From a virus, in IMG/VR virus record IMGVR_UViG_3300010396_000002, positions 91,560 through 155,559 of that record: 64,000 bases of DNA; one strand, given 5' to 3'. The first letter of the stretch is position 1; the number at the start of each line of letters is the position of its first letter. Under the pieces are notes generated by a model. It saw only the letters and a program-made list of their open reading frames with translations. It was not told the origin of the DNA and did no database searches. Shown one piece after another: positions 18,680-27,719 of this stretch. A program made the translations under genes and the position numbers.

Positions 18680-18725
18680 GCGCACGGCTCGGGCTCCCAT
18701 CGGGGGGCGCCGAGCTTGTGCACGT
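18680..18725 (+). repeat. Structured intergenic element R20
   Basis: GCGCA CG GCTCGG GCTCCC atcg GGGGGC G CCGAGC TTGTGCAC GT. Confidence 0.9.
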
Positions 18726-18735
18726 GGAGGAGAAC

Positions 18736-19104
18736 ATGAAGACGCGAACAGGTTGGGTTGTGTGCGGAGTAGCGGATCAGACATGGGCCTACATGGCGAA
18801 GCCCGAGAGTGGCTTCGGGCTACCCGAGGATCGTCACACCTTCACCATCGAACCGAGCGAGGCGCACATCATCCGGGCAACGGGCCGCGAGGAAGCGGCC
18901 AGGAGGGCGAGCGCGATCCTCGGTCGCAAGGTCGGTCTCGGTCTGCCGAGCCCTGGAGACCGGCGAGTCGGCGCGCTCGCGCCGGGGCTCGGTGCCGCCC
19001 TGCCGCCGAGCATCGCCTCCGAGGCCAACGAGTCTGACGCGGGCGAGTGGCTCGAGTTCGTGCGCGACGTGCGGGCCTTCCGCAACGGGCCGGCGACATG
19101 GTGA
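18736..19104 (+). CDS. hypothetical protein
   Basis: GGAGGAG SD after R20. Confidence 0.65.
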   Translation: MKTRTGWVVCGVADQTWAYMAKPESGFGLPEDRHTFTIEPSEAHIIRATGREEAARRASAILGRKVGLGLPSPGDRRVGALAPGLGAALPPSIASEANESDAGEWLEFVRDVRAFRNGPATW

Positions 19105-19146
19105 GCGCATCCCCGAGGGCCGCAGGGCCGCTCGGGTTGAGCCCGT
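19105..19146 (+). repeat. Structured intergenic element R21
   Basis: GCGCA TC CCCGAG GGCC gcag GGCC G CTCGGG TTGAGCCC GT. Confidence 0.9.
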
Positions 19147-19155
19147 GGAGGTACC

Positions 19156-19413
19156 ATGCCGGACACCACGGACGAGGACATCATCCGCATCACCGTCGAC
19201 GTCGAGAGGTGCGGCCGCTCCACCAGGACCAAGGCGTCGAGTTGGGCCTACGTCGACGCGCCGCCCAACGTGCGCCGCCACATCGCCCCCGAGACGTTCG
19301 TCGAAGCCGTCGCCGAGCTCGTTGTCAACGGCTACACCGTCACCGTCGAGCCGAAGATCGAGGACATCTCGCTCCTCGACTGGTACGGCGGCCAGCTTCC
19401 CACCGGAACGTGA
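19156..19413 (+). CDS. hypothetical protein
   Basis: GGAGGT SD after R21. Confidence 0.7.
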   Translation: MPDTTDEDIIRITVDVERCGRSTRTKASSWAYVDAPPNVRRHIAPETFVEAVAELVVNGYTVTVEPKIEDISLLDWYGGQLPTGT

Positions 19414-19428
19414 GAGGATCGAACCACC

Positions 19429-19770
19429 ATGAGCGACGTCAGCAACGACCGCGATATGCGCCTCGCCCAGGAGATCGCGAGCCGCTGGCCCACCCACGGT
19501 GACTGGGCTTTCGACTACATGTACCCCGGCTTCTTCCGGTACTACTCGGACAGGTTGGGGTGCTCGGTGTTCTTCACGCCCGACTTTAACGAAGAGGGGG
19601 CGCTCGACATGCAGCTCCAGGACGATGTCGGGAACGCCATCGACAACGACGTGATCCCCTACGCCTTCGTCAAGTACCAGGAGCCGCTGACCGCCGACTT
19701 CATGCACGACGAGGTCGTCAAGGCGCTGGCGCTCGTCGATGCCTACTACATGCAGGCCGCGAAGCCATGA
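19429..19770 (+). CDS. hypothetical protein
   Basis: GAGGA SD; high GC3. Confidence 0.7.
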   Translation: MSDVSNDRDMRLAQEIASRWPTHGDWAFDYMYPGFFRYYSDRLGCSVFFTPDFNEEGALDMQLQDDVGNAIDNDVIPYAFVKYQEPLTADFMHDEVVKALALVDAYYMQAAKP

Positions 19771-20509
19771 GCATCGACAACGCCACCATGCGCTGGAAGT
19801 ACGGCCGCGAGGGGTTCTTGCTGGACCTCGAGCGCGGTGTCTTCAACCCGAGCGGGTACGATGTCGTGCGCGTGCGCGAGCAGAGCGGCTCGGCGGCCTT
19901 CGTCGGCGAGCACCACTACTCGGGGACCTGGAAGGGCGGCGGGCTCGTCTTCGACCTGATGCACCACGCGAAGCGCGTCGGCGTCGCCGTCTACTCGCAG
20001 CCCGGCGGGCCCAAGGTGCTCGGCGCCTGGTTCCCCGGCCACGAGAAGACCTCGCTGGAGCTCAGCCGACTCGTGCTGCTCGACGAGGTTCCATTCAACG
20101 CCGAGACGTGGATGCTCGCCCGCACGCGCGATCTTCTCTGGCGCGACGGGTACACCGGGGTCGTGAGCTACTCCGATCCGATGCCGCGCCCGCGCGCGGA
20201 CGGGAGCTTGCTCTTCCCCGGCCACGTCGGGACGACCTACAAGGCCGCCTCCGCGATCTATACGGGCCAGACCAAGGGCGAGGCCCAGTGGCTCTTCCGG
20301 GACGGCACCGTCTTCCCGTCGCGCGACCGGACCAAGATCCGCGCCTTCGCCTTCGGGCAGGACACGTGCAAGGGCTGGGACTACGCGAAGGACGTGCTCC
20401 TCGCCCAGGGGGCCCCGCCGTTCGAGTTCGCCTTCGGCGACGAGCGAGCGTCCGCCTGGTGCGACTCATCATTGCGGGCGTCAAGCAGCCCGCGTTGCCG
20501 TTCACCTGA
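19767..20509 (+). CDS. Mom-family (GNAT-like) DNA adenine-modification protein; probable indel near 20460
   Basis: FV.EHHYSG, LELSRLVLLD, VVSYSDP, GHVGTTYKAA motifs. Confidence 0.75.
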
Positions 20510-20518
20510 GGAGGGCGC

Positions 20519-20746
20519 ATGCCCATCGACGCGAAGGCCGTGCGGCCCGGCGACATCACGTACCACCTGAACATGGATCCGGAGAGCGCGCAGGTGCGCG
20601 TCCGAGGCGAGCCTTGGGCCATGCTGCTCTGGCACAACGGCGTTGCCAGGGTCGAAGGCTACCCCAACAACACCATCGACGGCGCCCGCGCCGACGTGCT
20701 CCTGATGCTCTCAGCGGAGGCCCTGAAGCGGGCCAGGAAGAGGTAG
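20519..20746 (+). CDS. small hypothetical protein
   Basis: GAGGAGG SD. Confidence 0.65.
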   Translation: MPIDAKAVRPGDITYHLNMDPESAQVRVRGEPWAMLLWHNGVARVEGYPNNTIDGARADVLLMLSAEALKRARKR

Positions 20747-20751
20747 TTGCC

Positions 20752-21000
20752 ATGGCTGACACGCAAGCAGGTCGCAAGTTCAAGCCCGGCGACCGGGTCG
20801 ACTGGACCCGCATCTACAAGGTGAGCAACGTCACCGAGCGCTGGCGACGCGTCTTCGGAGACGGCCCGTACACCGTCAAAAGTGTTGAGGTCGATGCGAC
20901 CGACAACCCGCTGATCACCATCAAGCCCAACAAGAGGCCGCCGCCTGGCGAAGACCTTACATTCACCGAGTCGTGGTTCGACAAGGTCGGTGCCACGTGA
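20752..21000 (+). CDS. small SH3/KOW-like protein (FKPGDRV)
   Basis: GAGG SD; FKPGDRV motif. Confidence 0.6.
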   Translation: MADTQAGRKFKPGDRVDWTRIYKVSNVTERWRRVFGDGPYTVKSVEVDATDNPLITIKPNKRPPPGEDLTFTESWFDKVGAT

Positions 21001-21473
21001 GCGCGCCCAAGCCAATCCCTGCCGCGCTGGAGGACGTTGGCGCCGTCGTTCGCCGGTGCTGGCCCGGCTGTGCCGAGGTGCAAGGCGTCGACCCGGTCAA
21101 GGTGCGCGTCGAGGTCGTGCCCCACGTCGAGCGGCGACAGCACGGTCACCGCCGTGGATGGGAACTCGTCATCGCTCGCGATCCGGGACACGGCGGCACC
21201 CTGCGGGCCATCGAGAACGCGCGGGCGATCGAGGAGCTTGCTCGGAGCTTCGAGGACGCCGGCTTCGACGTCCTCCGCCACGAGGACGGCCGCCGTGTCG
21301 TGCTCGGCTGGACGCGTAGCTCCGAACCGCACAGGAAGGGGATGCGGGCGCGCCTCGTCGAGCTTGGGCCGTGGCACCCGGACCGGGACCGTCGCCGAGC
21401 TGAGCTGCTCGCACAGCGCAACCCGCGCGCAATCGCCGAGATGACCGGCCACGCCGCTCCGACCAGTGAGTAG
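20997..21473 (+). CDS. hypothetical protein
   Basis: GTGA coupling. Confidence 0.55.
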   Translation: MSAPKPIPAALEDVGAVVRRCWPGCAEVQGVDPVKVRVEVVPHVERRQHGHRRGWELVIARDPGHGGTLRAIENARAIEELARSFEDAGFDVLRHEDGRRVVLGWTRSSEPHRKGMRARLVELGPWHPDRDRRRAELLAQRNPRAIAEMTGHAAPTSE

Positions 21474-21476
21474 GCC

Positions 21477-22250
21477 ATGCGCGCCGGGAGCTTCTTCCTC
21501 GGCACGCACATGCCGGGCTGGCTCGCCGATCCACGCTTCGCTGAGGTCCCGCTCTTCGTCTCCCGCCGGAGGCTCGTCAAGCGGCGCACACTCCCCCGAG
21601 CCAAAGGCCGCTGGGCCTGCGACTCGGGCGGGTTCATGGAGCTGTCCCTCTTCGGCGGATGGACCGTCGGGCCTCGTCAGTACGCCGGCGAGATCCGCAG
21701 GTTCCGCGACGAGATCGGCGGCATGGCGTGGGCCGCGCCGAACGACTGGATGTGCGAGCCCGGCATCCTCCGTTCGACGGGCCTCGACGTCGTCGAGCAC
21801 CAGCGGCGCACCGTCGCCAACCTGCTGGAGCTCCGGTCCATCGCCCCGGACCTCCCCTTCGTGCCGGTCCTTCAGGGCTGGCAGGTGGACGACTATCTAC
21901 GATGCGTCGATGCGTACGACCGCGCCGGCGTGAACCTCCGCAAGGAGCCCGTCGTCGGCGTTGGCACGGTCTGCCGGCGCCAGAACACGACGGAGGGAGC
22001 GCGAATTGTCCGCAAGCTCGCCGGCCTTGGGCTCAAGCTCCACGGCTTCGGCTTCAAGGTGACGGGGCTCAGGGCGTGCGGAGACGCGCTCGTCAGCGCC
22101 GACTCGTTGGCCTGGTCCTTCCGGGCTCGCAGATCGGATCCGCTTCCAGGTCACTCCCACAAGTCGTGCGCGAACTGCCCCGACTTCGCGCTAGCATGGC
22201 GCGGGGAGATCGAAGCGGGGCTCGTACCCAGGCAACTCGCCCTGTTCTAG
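21477..22250 (+). CDS. DpdA-like / TGT-fold DNA deazaguanine transglycosylase
   Basis: DSGGF, DWMCEP, PVLQG, VGVGTVCRR, LHGFG, SADS.AW motifs of the TGT/DpdA family. Confidence 0.8.
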   Translation: MRAGSFFLGTHMPGWLADPRFAEVPLFVSRRRLVKRRTLPRAKGRWACDSGGFMELSLFGGWTVGPRQYAGEIRRFRDEIGGMAWAAPNDWMCEPGILRSTGLDVVEHQRRTVANLLELRSIAPDLPFVPVLQGWQVDDYLRCVDAYDRAGVNLRKEPVVGVGTVCRRQNTTEGARIVRKLAGLGLKLHGFGFKVTGLRACGDALVSADSLAWSFRARRSDPLPGHSHKSCANCPDFALAWRGEIEAGLVPRQLALF

Positions 22251-22260
22251 AAGGTGGTGC

Positions 22261-23210
22261 ATGGAGCAACTCGGCCTCTTCAAGGCGCGCGCCATCAAGG
22301 TGCGCAAGGTCGCCAGGAAACGGAAGCGGCCCGAGGCGCCACCGCTCGAGGCCTGGGACGGCAACCCACGCGTGAAGGTCGCCTCGATCGGGGGCGGCCT
22401 CTCGACTCGTTCGCCATGCTCGTCGACCGCGTCCAGCATGGCGAGGTGCCCGAGCTTGCGATCTTCGCGGACGTGACCGATCCGGAGCGGAAGGACCCCG
22501 GGGAGTGGCCGGTCACCTACCAATACCTCCGGGAGGTCGTGATGCCGTACTGCGACCAGCACGGCATCGAGTTCGATTGGCTCGACACGACGCGCTCGCC
22601 CATCCGCGGGCACCGCTCCCTGTTCGGCTACTTCGCCGCCATGCGCCTGATGCCGAGCCGCATGAGCCGGCTGTGCACCTCGGCAGCGAAGGTCGAGCGC
22701 GTCACCGACGAGCTGATCCAGCGCTACCCCACCAGGCCCGTCGAAGTGTGGGTCGGCTTCGAGGCGGGCGAGGAGATCCGCCTCAAGCGCGACCCGCACG
22801 CCGCCGGCGTTGTCGGGCTCGCCGGGAACTGGCGCGTCAACCGCTTCCCGCTCATGGAGCGGAACCTCTGCCGGTGCAGGTGCGAGGACGTGCTGAAGGC
22901 TGCCGGCCTCCCGGTGCCTCCCGGCAGTGCGTGCATGCTGTGCCCCTACAGCACGCGCGGCGACTTCAAACGGCTCGAGCATCAAGAGCCCGAGGCATTC
23001 GCCTTCGGAGAGCGCATGGAGGACAACTGCCAGCGCACGAAGAAGAACGACAAGGTCATGCGCTACGGCTACGAGAAGGGCGACGGCACCGACCCGCCGC
23101 TCCGGCTCTGGGTCGAGAAGCCGTACACGCCCAGGGTCATGCCGTGCGAGGTCTGCGGTCGCCCTGAGCGCGCCCGCAAGAACGTGGGCTGCGACTACAT
23201 CGCAGCATGA
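22261..23210 (+). CDS. PP-loop (PAPS-reductase/DndC-like) protein; 2-nt insertion near 22400
   Basis: Restores VASIGGGLDS; IFAD, CT..K, FPL, SAC..CPY. Confidence 0.7.
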
Positions 23211-23485
23211 TGGAGGACGCATTGGACGAGAAGCCGTGCACGATCGATGGCGTCGACTACCCGAGCTGTGCGGCAGCGGCGAGGGCGCTCGGGGTCACGT
23301 ACCAGGCCATCCAGAGCCGCATCAAGACCCGACTGAACGGCGGACCACACAAGCGAGGTCGCAAGCCGAAGGCCGTCACGCTCGATGGCATCACCGCAAC
23401 GCTGGACGAGCACGCGACGCGCCTTGGCATTTCGCGATCGGCGGTGTGTGGACGCGCCAAGCGACGCGCCAAGCGAGCGAAGTAG
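23207..23485 (+). CDS. HTH DNA-binding protein (NUMOD1-like)
   Basis: IDGVDYPSCAAAARALGVT; paralogous motif at 34393. Confidence 0.6.
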   Translation: MMEDALDEKPCTIDGVDYPSCAAAARALGVTYQAIQSRIKTRLNGGPHKRGRKPKAVTLDGITATLDEHATRLGISRSAVCGRAKRRAKRAK

Positions 23486-23487
23486 AA

Positions 23488-23531
23488 GCGCACAGCCCGG
23501 ACCTCGACAAGAGGTGCCGGGCTTCGTGCGT
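23488..23531 (+). repeat. Structured intergenic element R22
   Basis: GCGCA CA GCCCGG ACCTC gacaa GAGGT G CCGGGC TTCGTGC GT. Confidence 0.92.
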
Positions 23532-23545
23532 CGAGGAGGCAGACC

Positions 23546-24118
23546 ATGCCGAAGACCAAGCAGAAGCCCGTCAGCGAAGCCACGATCGCCAAGGTCGCGA
23601 AGGAGACTGGCAAGCCGTTCAATGACGGCGGCGCATACATGAGCAGCCGCTTCAAGGACTGGACGGGGTGCGTCCGGTACCTGTTCACGCTCACCAGCGA
23701 CCCGAAGCGCGTCGAGGACTTCCTGCGCTCCAAGAACATGCGCTGGTGCAGCGACAACCGCGCGAGGAGCGGGAAGGCGACCGTCGCCGACCTCAAGCGA
23801 TACATCGCGCACTGGCTGTCGAAGCCCGGGTCGATGGGCTCCGGGATCGTCGAGATCCTCGGGATCGATGTGCCCAATTCGCCGATCCCGGATGCCAAGG
23901 CGGTGACGCTCGAGGCCGCCATGAACGCCGGCAGGCTGAAGGCCTGGGACGCCTTCCTCCAGATCGCCGAGACGGCGCGCGTCATCCAGGAGACGGCCAC
24001 CCGGAGCCCGACGGATCCGGCAGCGCTTGCCGAGGTGTCGCGGCTGGTGTCGATCCTGCGCATGACGACGCTCGTCTCCGAGCCCACCAAGCCGAAGCGC
24101 CCGGCGAGACGCCGGTGA
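23546..24118 (+). CDS. hypothetical protein
   Basis: GAGGAGG SD after R22. Confidence 0.7.
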   Translation: MPKTKQKPVSEATIAKVAKETGKPFNDGGAYMSSRFKDWTGCVRYLFTLTSDPKRVEDFLRSKNMRWCSDNRARSGKATVADLKRYIAHWLSKPGSMGSGIVEILGIDVPNSPIPDAKAVTLEAAMNAGRLKAWDAFLQIAETARVIQETATRSPTDPAALAEVSRLVSILRMTTLVSEPTKPKRPARRR

Positions 24119-24260
24119 GCGTCTTCCTCACGAAGCCCAGGCGCCGCGTCCAGCCCCATCCGCGCCGGAAGTGCGCGTGGTGCTCGAGGACCGTGGCGCA
24201 CGGGCCCCGCAACGATCCCTACCCCCACGACTGCATAGGCGTCTATCACTGGAGGCGACC

Positions 24261-24452
24261 ATGAAGAAGAGGATCCGCATCGAGGCCGACGCACTCGGCC
24301 GCATCCGTTTGCGCGACCATGCCACCGGCCAGATCCTGGAGAGCGAACTCCGGACGCCTGACCTCTCGGCGCTCGTCGGGCATCGGATCGAGACCGGCAC
24401 CGTCTGCAACGACGGCTCGATCGTGTTGGACCTCGAGCACGAGCCGTCATGA
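24261..24452 (+). CDS. small hypothetical protein
   Basis: GGAGG SD. Confidence 0.6.
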   Translation: MKKRIRIEADALGRIRLRDHATGQILESELRTPDLSALVGHRIETGTVCNDGSIVLDLEHEPS

Positions 24453-25363
24453 ACCTCCACCAGTGGCTCCGGATGCCCGAGGCTTGGCGCCCTCCGATCG
24501 TCGTGTCGGACGGTATGGGCGTAGATTCGCAGGGCGTGCTGCTCCTACTCAAGCGCCTGGGGATCAGACCCAAGGCGGTGCTCCACGCCGACACAGGGAA
24601 CGAGAAGGAGGTCACCATCCAGGCCAGGGAATGGCGTCGGCGCTGGCTCGCCGAGAACGGCTTCCCGGAGCTGACGATGGTCCGCCGACCCCCTGGCGTT
24701 TCCAAGAGGACCGGGCTCCCCTACGCGACGATCGCCGAGAAGGCCATCGCCTACGAGATTTATCCAGGGATCACCTTCGACAAGCACTCGTGCTCGAAGG
24801 AATGGAAGATCGACCCCATGGATGACTGGGTCCTCGCCCAGCCTTGGGCGAAGACTGCCATCGCGCGGGGCCAGGGCGTATGGCGCGTCATCGGCTACGA
24901 CGCCGGCCCCAAGGATGCGCGCCGTGGTCACGAGATCCACGATGATCACCGCTTCCGGTTCATCTATCCGCTACGCGACGTGAAGTGGGACCGCGGGCGC
25001 ATCCAGTACGAGCTCTCTGTCGAGGGGATCCGCCAGTTCCCGAAGAGCGCCTGCAAGATTTGCAAGGCGAACAAGCCGTGGGAGATCGCCCAGATCGTCG
25101 CGCACGATCCGAAGGGGGCCGACGAGATCATCGCCGTCGAGGCCGCCGGCGCCGCACGTGGCCGCACCGTCGAGGGGCTATGGGGGCGCACCGTGAAGGG
25201 ACAGCGCGGCGCCGTGCCGCATCCCGGGCGGATGACGGACTTCATCAACCAGCTCCGTAGCGACCCCGCAGAGTTGAAGCGGCACCTCGCCATGGCCCCC
25301 CGGTTCGAGGTGAACGGCAGCCTGTGTGACAGCGATGGTGGCGACTGTCACACAGACGCTTGA
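24449..25363 (+). CDS. PP-loop (PAPS-reductase-like) protein
   Basis: VVSDGMGVDS, ADTGNE, CS..WK, YPL, KSACKIC. Confidence 0.75.
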   Translation: MNLHQWLRMPEAWRPPIVVSDGMGVDSQGVLLLLKRLGIRPKAVLHADTGNEKEVTIQAREWRRRWLAENGFPELTMVRRPPGVSKRTGLPYATIAEKAIAYEIYPGITFDKHSCSKEWKIDPMDDWVLAQPWAKTAIARGQGVWRVIGYDAGPKDARRGHEIHDDHRFRFIYPLRDVKWDRGRIQYELSVEGIRQFPKSACKICKANKPWEIAQIVAHDPKGADEIIAVEAAGAARGRTVEGLWGRTVKGQRGAVPHPGRMTDFINQLRSDPAELKRHLAMAPRFEVNGSLCDSDGGDCHTDA

Positions 25364-25404
25364 CCAGCCCGCTCGACTGTCACACACTCGGTTCGGACGA
25401 CACG

Positions 25405-25447
25405 GCGCGCAGCCCCGGAGCACCCACGCTCGCGGGGCTCGTCGCGT
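25405..25447 (+). repeat. Structured intergenic element R23
   Basis: GCGCG CA GCCCCG GAGC acccac GCTC G CGGGGC TCGTCGC GT. Confidence 0.88.
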
Positions 25448-25474
25448 CAGGGGCGCCATGCGCTCCGAGGAGCG

Positions 25475-25693
25475 ATGACCATGCACCACGAGATGAGCGC
25501 CGAGGAAGCAGAGGTGGCGATCCAGGACGAGGTGGACCAGGCCGAGGCGCACTTCGTCAAGGAGCGAGCGCAGGTCATTCGCTTCCTGGCGCAGCGCGGG
25601 CGGCTGACCGCGGAGCAGATCGCGGTGCGCGTCAACCTCGACGAGGCCGAGATCGCCACGGTCATCGCCTTCCAGGAGGTCAAGCCGTCATGA
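25475..25693 (+). CDS. small HTH-like protein
   Basis: GAGGAG SD; LTAEQIA..V.L. Confidence 0.55.
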   Translation: MTMHHEMSAEEAEVAIQDEVDQAEAHFVKERAQVIRFLAQRGRLTAEQIAVRVNLDEAEIATVIAFQEVKPS

Positions 25694-25926
25694 GCGACTT
25701 CTGGGTCCAGTTCGACAACCGCGCCTCGGGAACCATCCAGGCGAAGGACGAAGCGGAAGCGCGCACCGAGGGTGAGAAGCTCGGCAAGGTGCGCCAGGTC
25801 GACGTCATCCCGTACCCGAGGTCGCCGGTGCTGGTCGGCGACCGCAAGACCCCCGCGTTCTGCTTCGGCAAGGACGAGTGCCTCGGGCGCACGTCGTGCC
25901 CGCGCAGTCGCGCCTGCGACGACTAG
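25690..25926 (+). CDS. small Cys-rich protein
   Basis: ATGA coupling. Confidence 0.6.
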   Translation: MSDFWVQFDNRASGTIQAKDEAEARTEGEKLGKVRQVDVIPYPRSPVLVGDRKTPAFCFGKDECLGRTSCPRSRACDD

Positions 25927-25935
25927 GAGGAGAAC

Positions 25936-26757
25936 ATGTCCACGAAGAACAAGCCAAGCCCCGATAACGAGGCGCTGGTCGACAATTACCCCGTGCTCAA
26001 GGCGTGGCTGACGAAGGTCGGCGCCCGGTACCAGTGGTCGTCGCCGTGCTCCGATGCAGCGGGCCCGCTCGCCGCCACGATCTACCACTACACGATCAAG
26101 GGGGCAGGGCCGTTCATCGTGCTCGTCCACCCCGACAAGCACGGCTGGAACGTCTACACGGCGTGCTCGAGCAACAAGGTCGACGAGACGTTCGCTGACG
26201 CCGAGTACCGCCTCGGACTCCCGAAGACCACCACGTGGTGCCCTGGGTGCGAGTGGGAGCCGCCCCCTCAAGGCGTCGGGCCCAAGAAGCCCATCAGGCC
26301 CCCGCACACGTGCGGCAAGGTCGAGCAACCCCCGGAGACGCCGGCGGCCGGTAGCAAGACGCTCATCGACAAGTACGACGAGCTGGCCGCAGCGCACGTC
26401 TCCGCCATCCGGCAGCACGAGGCGCATGCCGCCGGTCTCCGTCAGCGAATCTCGATGGCGCGCAAGAACCTCCGCGCCTTCGAGGCCAGCAGCGGTACGG
26501 ACCGCGAGGCGCTCACCCTCGCCATCCAGGCGCTCCGCGACCCGCTGCCGCTGCCCACCCTCACGGAGGAGGAGACCGAAGCCTTCGAGCACCTGGTGAC
26601 GAACGTCATGCTTCCGGCGCCGGAGCACGAGATCCCCGCCTACCTGCACCAGCACCTTGACGCGCTCCACGACAAGGGCTTGCTCCGGTACCGTCAGCGA
26701 GACGGCTGGAGCCTCACCAGCGCAGGCGAGGCGACGTACGCGGAGCTCACCCGATGA
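25936..26757 (+). CDS. hypothetical protein
   Basis: AGGAGGAG SD. Confidence 0.75.
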   Translation: MSTKNKPSPDNEALVDNYPVLKAWLTKVGARYQWSSPCSDAAGPLAATIYHYTIKGAGPFIVLVHPDKHGWNVYTACSSNKVDETFADAEYRLGLPKTTTWCPGCEWEPPPQGVGPKKPIRPPHTCGKVEQPPETPAAGSKTLIDKYDELAAAHVSAIRQHEAHAAGLRQRISMARKNLRAFEASSGTDREALTLAIQALRDPLPLPTLTEEETEAFEHLVTNVMLPAPEHEIPAYLHQHLDALHDKGLLRYRQRDGWSLTSAGEATYAELTR

Positions 26758-27083
26758 GCGCCGCGGTCTGGCGCGACGACAAGCTCAGCCCGCACACCGA
26801 GGTAACGTGCTTCACCTGTCAGCCGTGCGCGGAGGACCGCGTAGCGAGCAAGGGGATCCACAGCCTCGTGATCGTCCACGTGCGCTTCTTTCGCGCCGGC
26901 GACTGGACCAGGCGAGGCTTCATGCCAAGCATCCGGGTTGGCGGAGGCGGGGCCACTGGGGAGATCCACGAGGGCACCGACGACGACGCGTACGCGCGAG
27001 CGCGTGCCGATGGTGAGGCCATGCTCGACAGCGCGGAGAAGGCGCTGGAGGATGCCATCGCGGCCATGCCGCGGAAAGGCTGA
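26754..27083 (+). CDS. hypothetical protein
   Basis: ATGA coupling. Confidence 0.65.
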   Translation: MSAAVWRDDKLSPHTEVTCFTCQPCAEDRVASKGIHSLVIVHVRFFRAGDWTRRGFMPSIRVGGGGATGEIHEGTDDDAYARARADGEAMLDSAEKALEDAIAAMPRKG

Positions 27084-27090
27084 GTACGTC

Positions 27091-27717
27091 ATGTCCAAGG
27101 GGGTCTTGTTTTCCATCGGCTACGGCAGCAGCCCGAGCGCGCCGCGCGACAAGCGCCAGCCCGGGTCGCTGCCGGGGCCCGAGTCGCTTGTGGAGCTGGT
27201 GCGCCGGCTCGACATCGACAGCCTGATCGACTGCCGGGCCGCGCCGGGGCCTGCGACGCTCGCCGACACGAAGCTCGTGAAGGGGACCAAGCGTCGGGTC
27301 TGGAAGTCCGGGCGCATCATCTATTGCAGGGGCGGCTTCACCCGTTACGAGCTCGCAGAGCTGCTCGGCAAGCGGTACCGCTGGGACGGCGACAAGCTCG
27401 GGGGGCCTGGTGGAGGCGTCGAGGGCCCCACGCCTCGGGGCCTCGACATGCTCGAGGACGCCTACCACCGCGGACGGCGTCTCCTGCTCCTCTGCGCCGA
27501 AGCCCACCCGCTCGGGTGCCACCGCCACCATCAGATCGCGGTGAGGGGCGACATCTGGATGCCCAGCATGGGCAAGCCCCTCGCGGATCGAAAGATCCCC
27601 GTGCTGCACATCTTCGGCGACGCCGTCGTCAAGGCGACCGTCCTGCACGAGGCCGCGCAGCATGGAACCAAGAACGCCGAGGCCGACGACCTGGCCGACT
27701 ACTACGTGAAGGAGTGA
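27091..27717 (+). CDS. DUF488-family protein
   Basis: LFSIGY, LIDCR, LGG, LLCAE...CHR. Confidence 0.75.
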   Translation: MSKGVLFSIGYGSSPSAPRDKRQPGSLPGPESLVELVRRLDIDSLIDCRAAPGPATLADTKLVKGTKRRVWKSGRIIYCRGGFTRYELAELLGKRYRWDGDKLGGPGGGVEGPTPRGLDMLEDAYHRGRRLLLLCAEAHPLGCHRHHQIAVRGDIWMPSMGKPLADRKIPVLHIFGDAVVKATVLHEAAQHGTKNAEADDLADYYVKE

Positions 27718-27719
27718 CC

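Noticed and set aside
369-25447. Elements as CRISPR repeats, intrinsic terminators or canonical attC sites
   Set aside because: Spacers are whole genes and the repeat sequence varies. There is no U-tract. The RYYYAAC/GTTRRRY pair is not conserved, the bulge spacing differs from attC, the folded strand is the sense strand, and no integron integrase is in the window.
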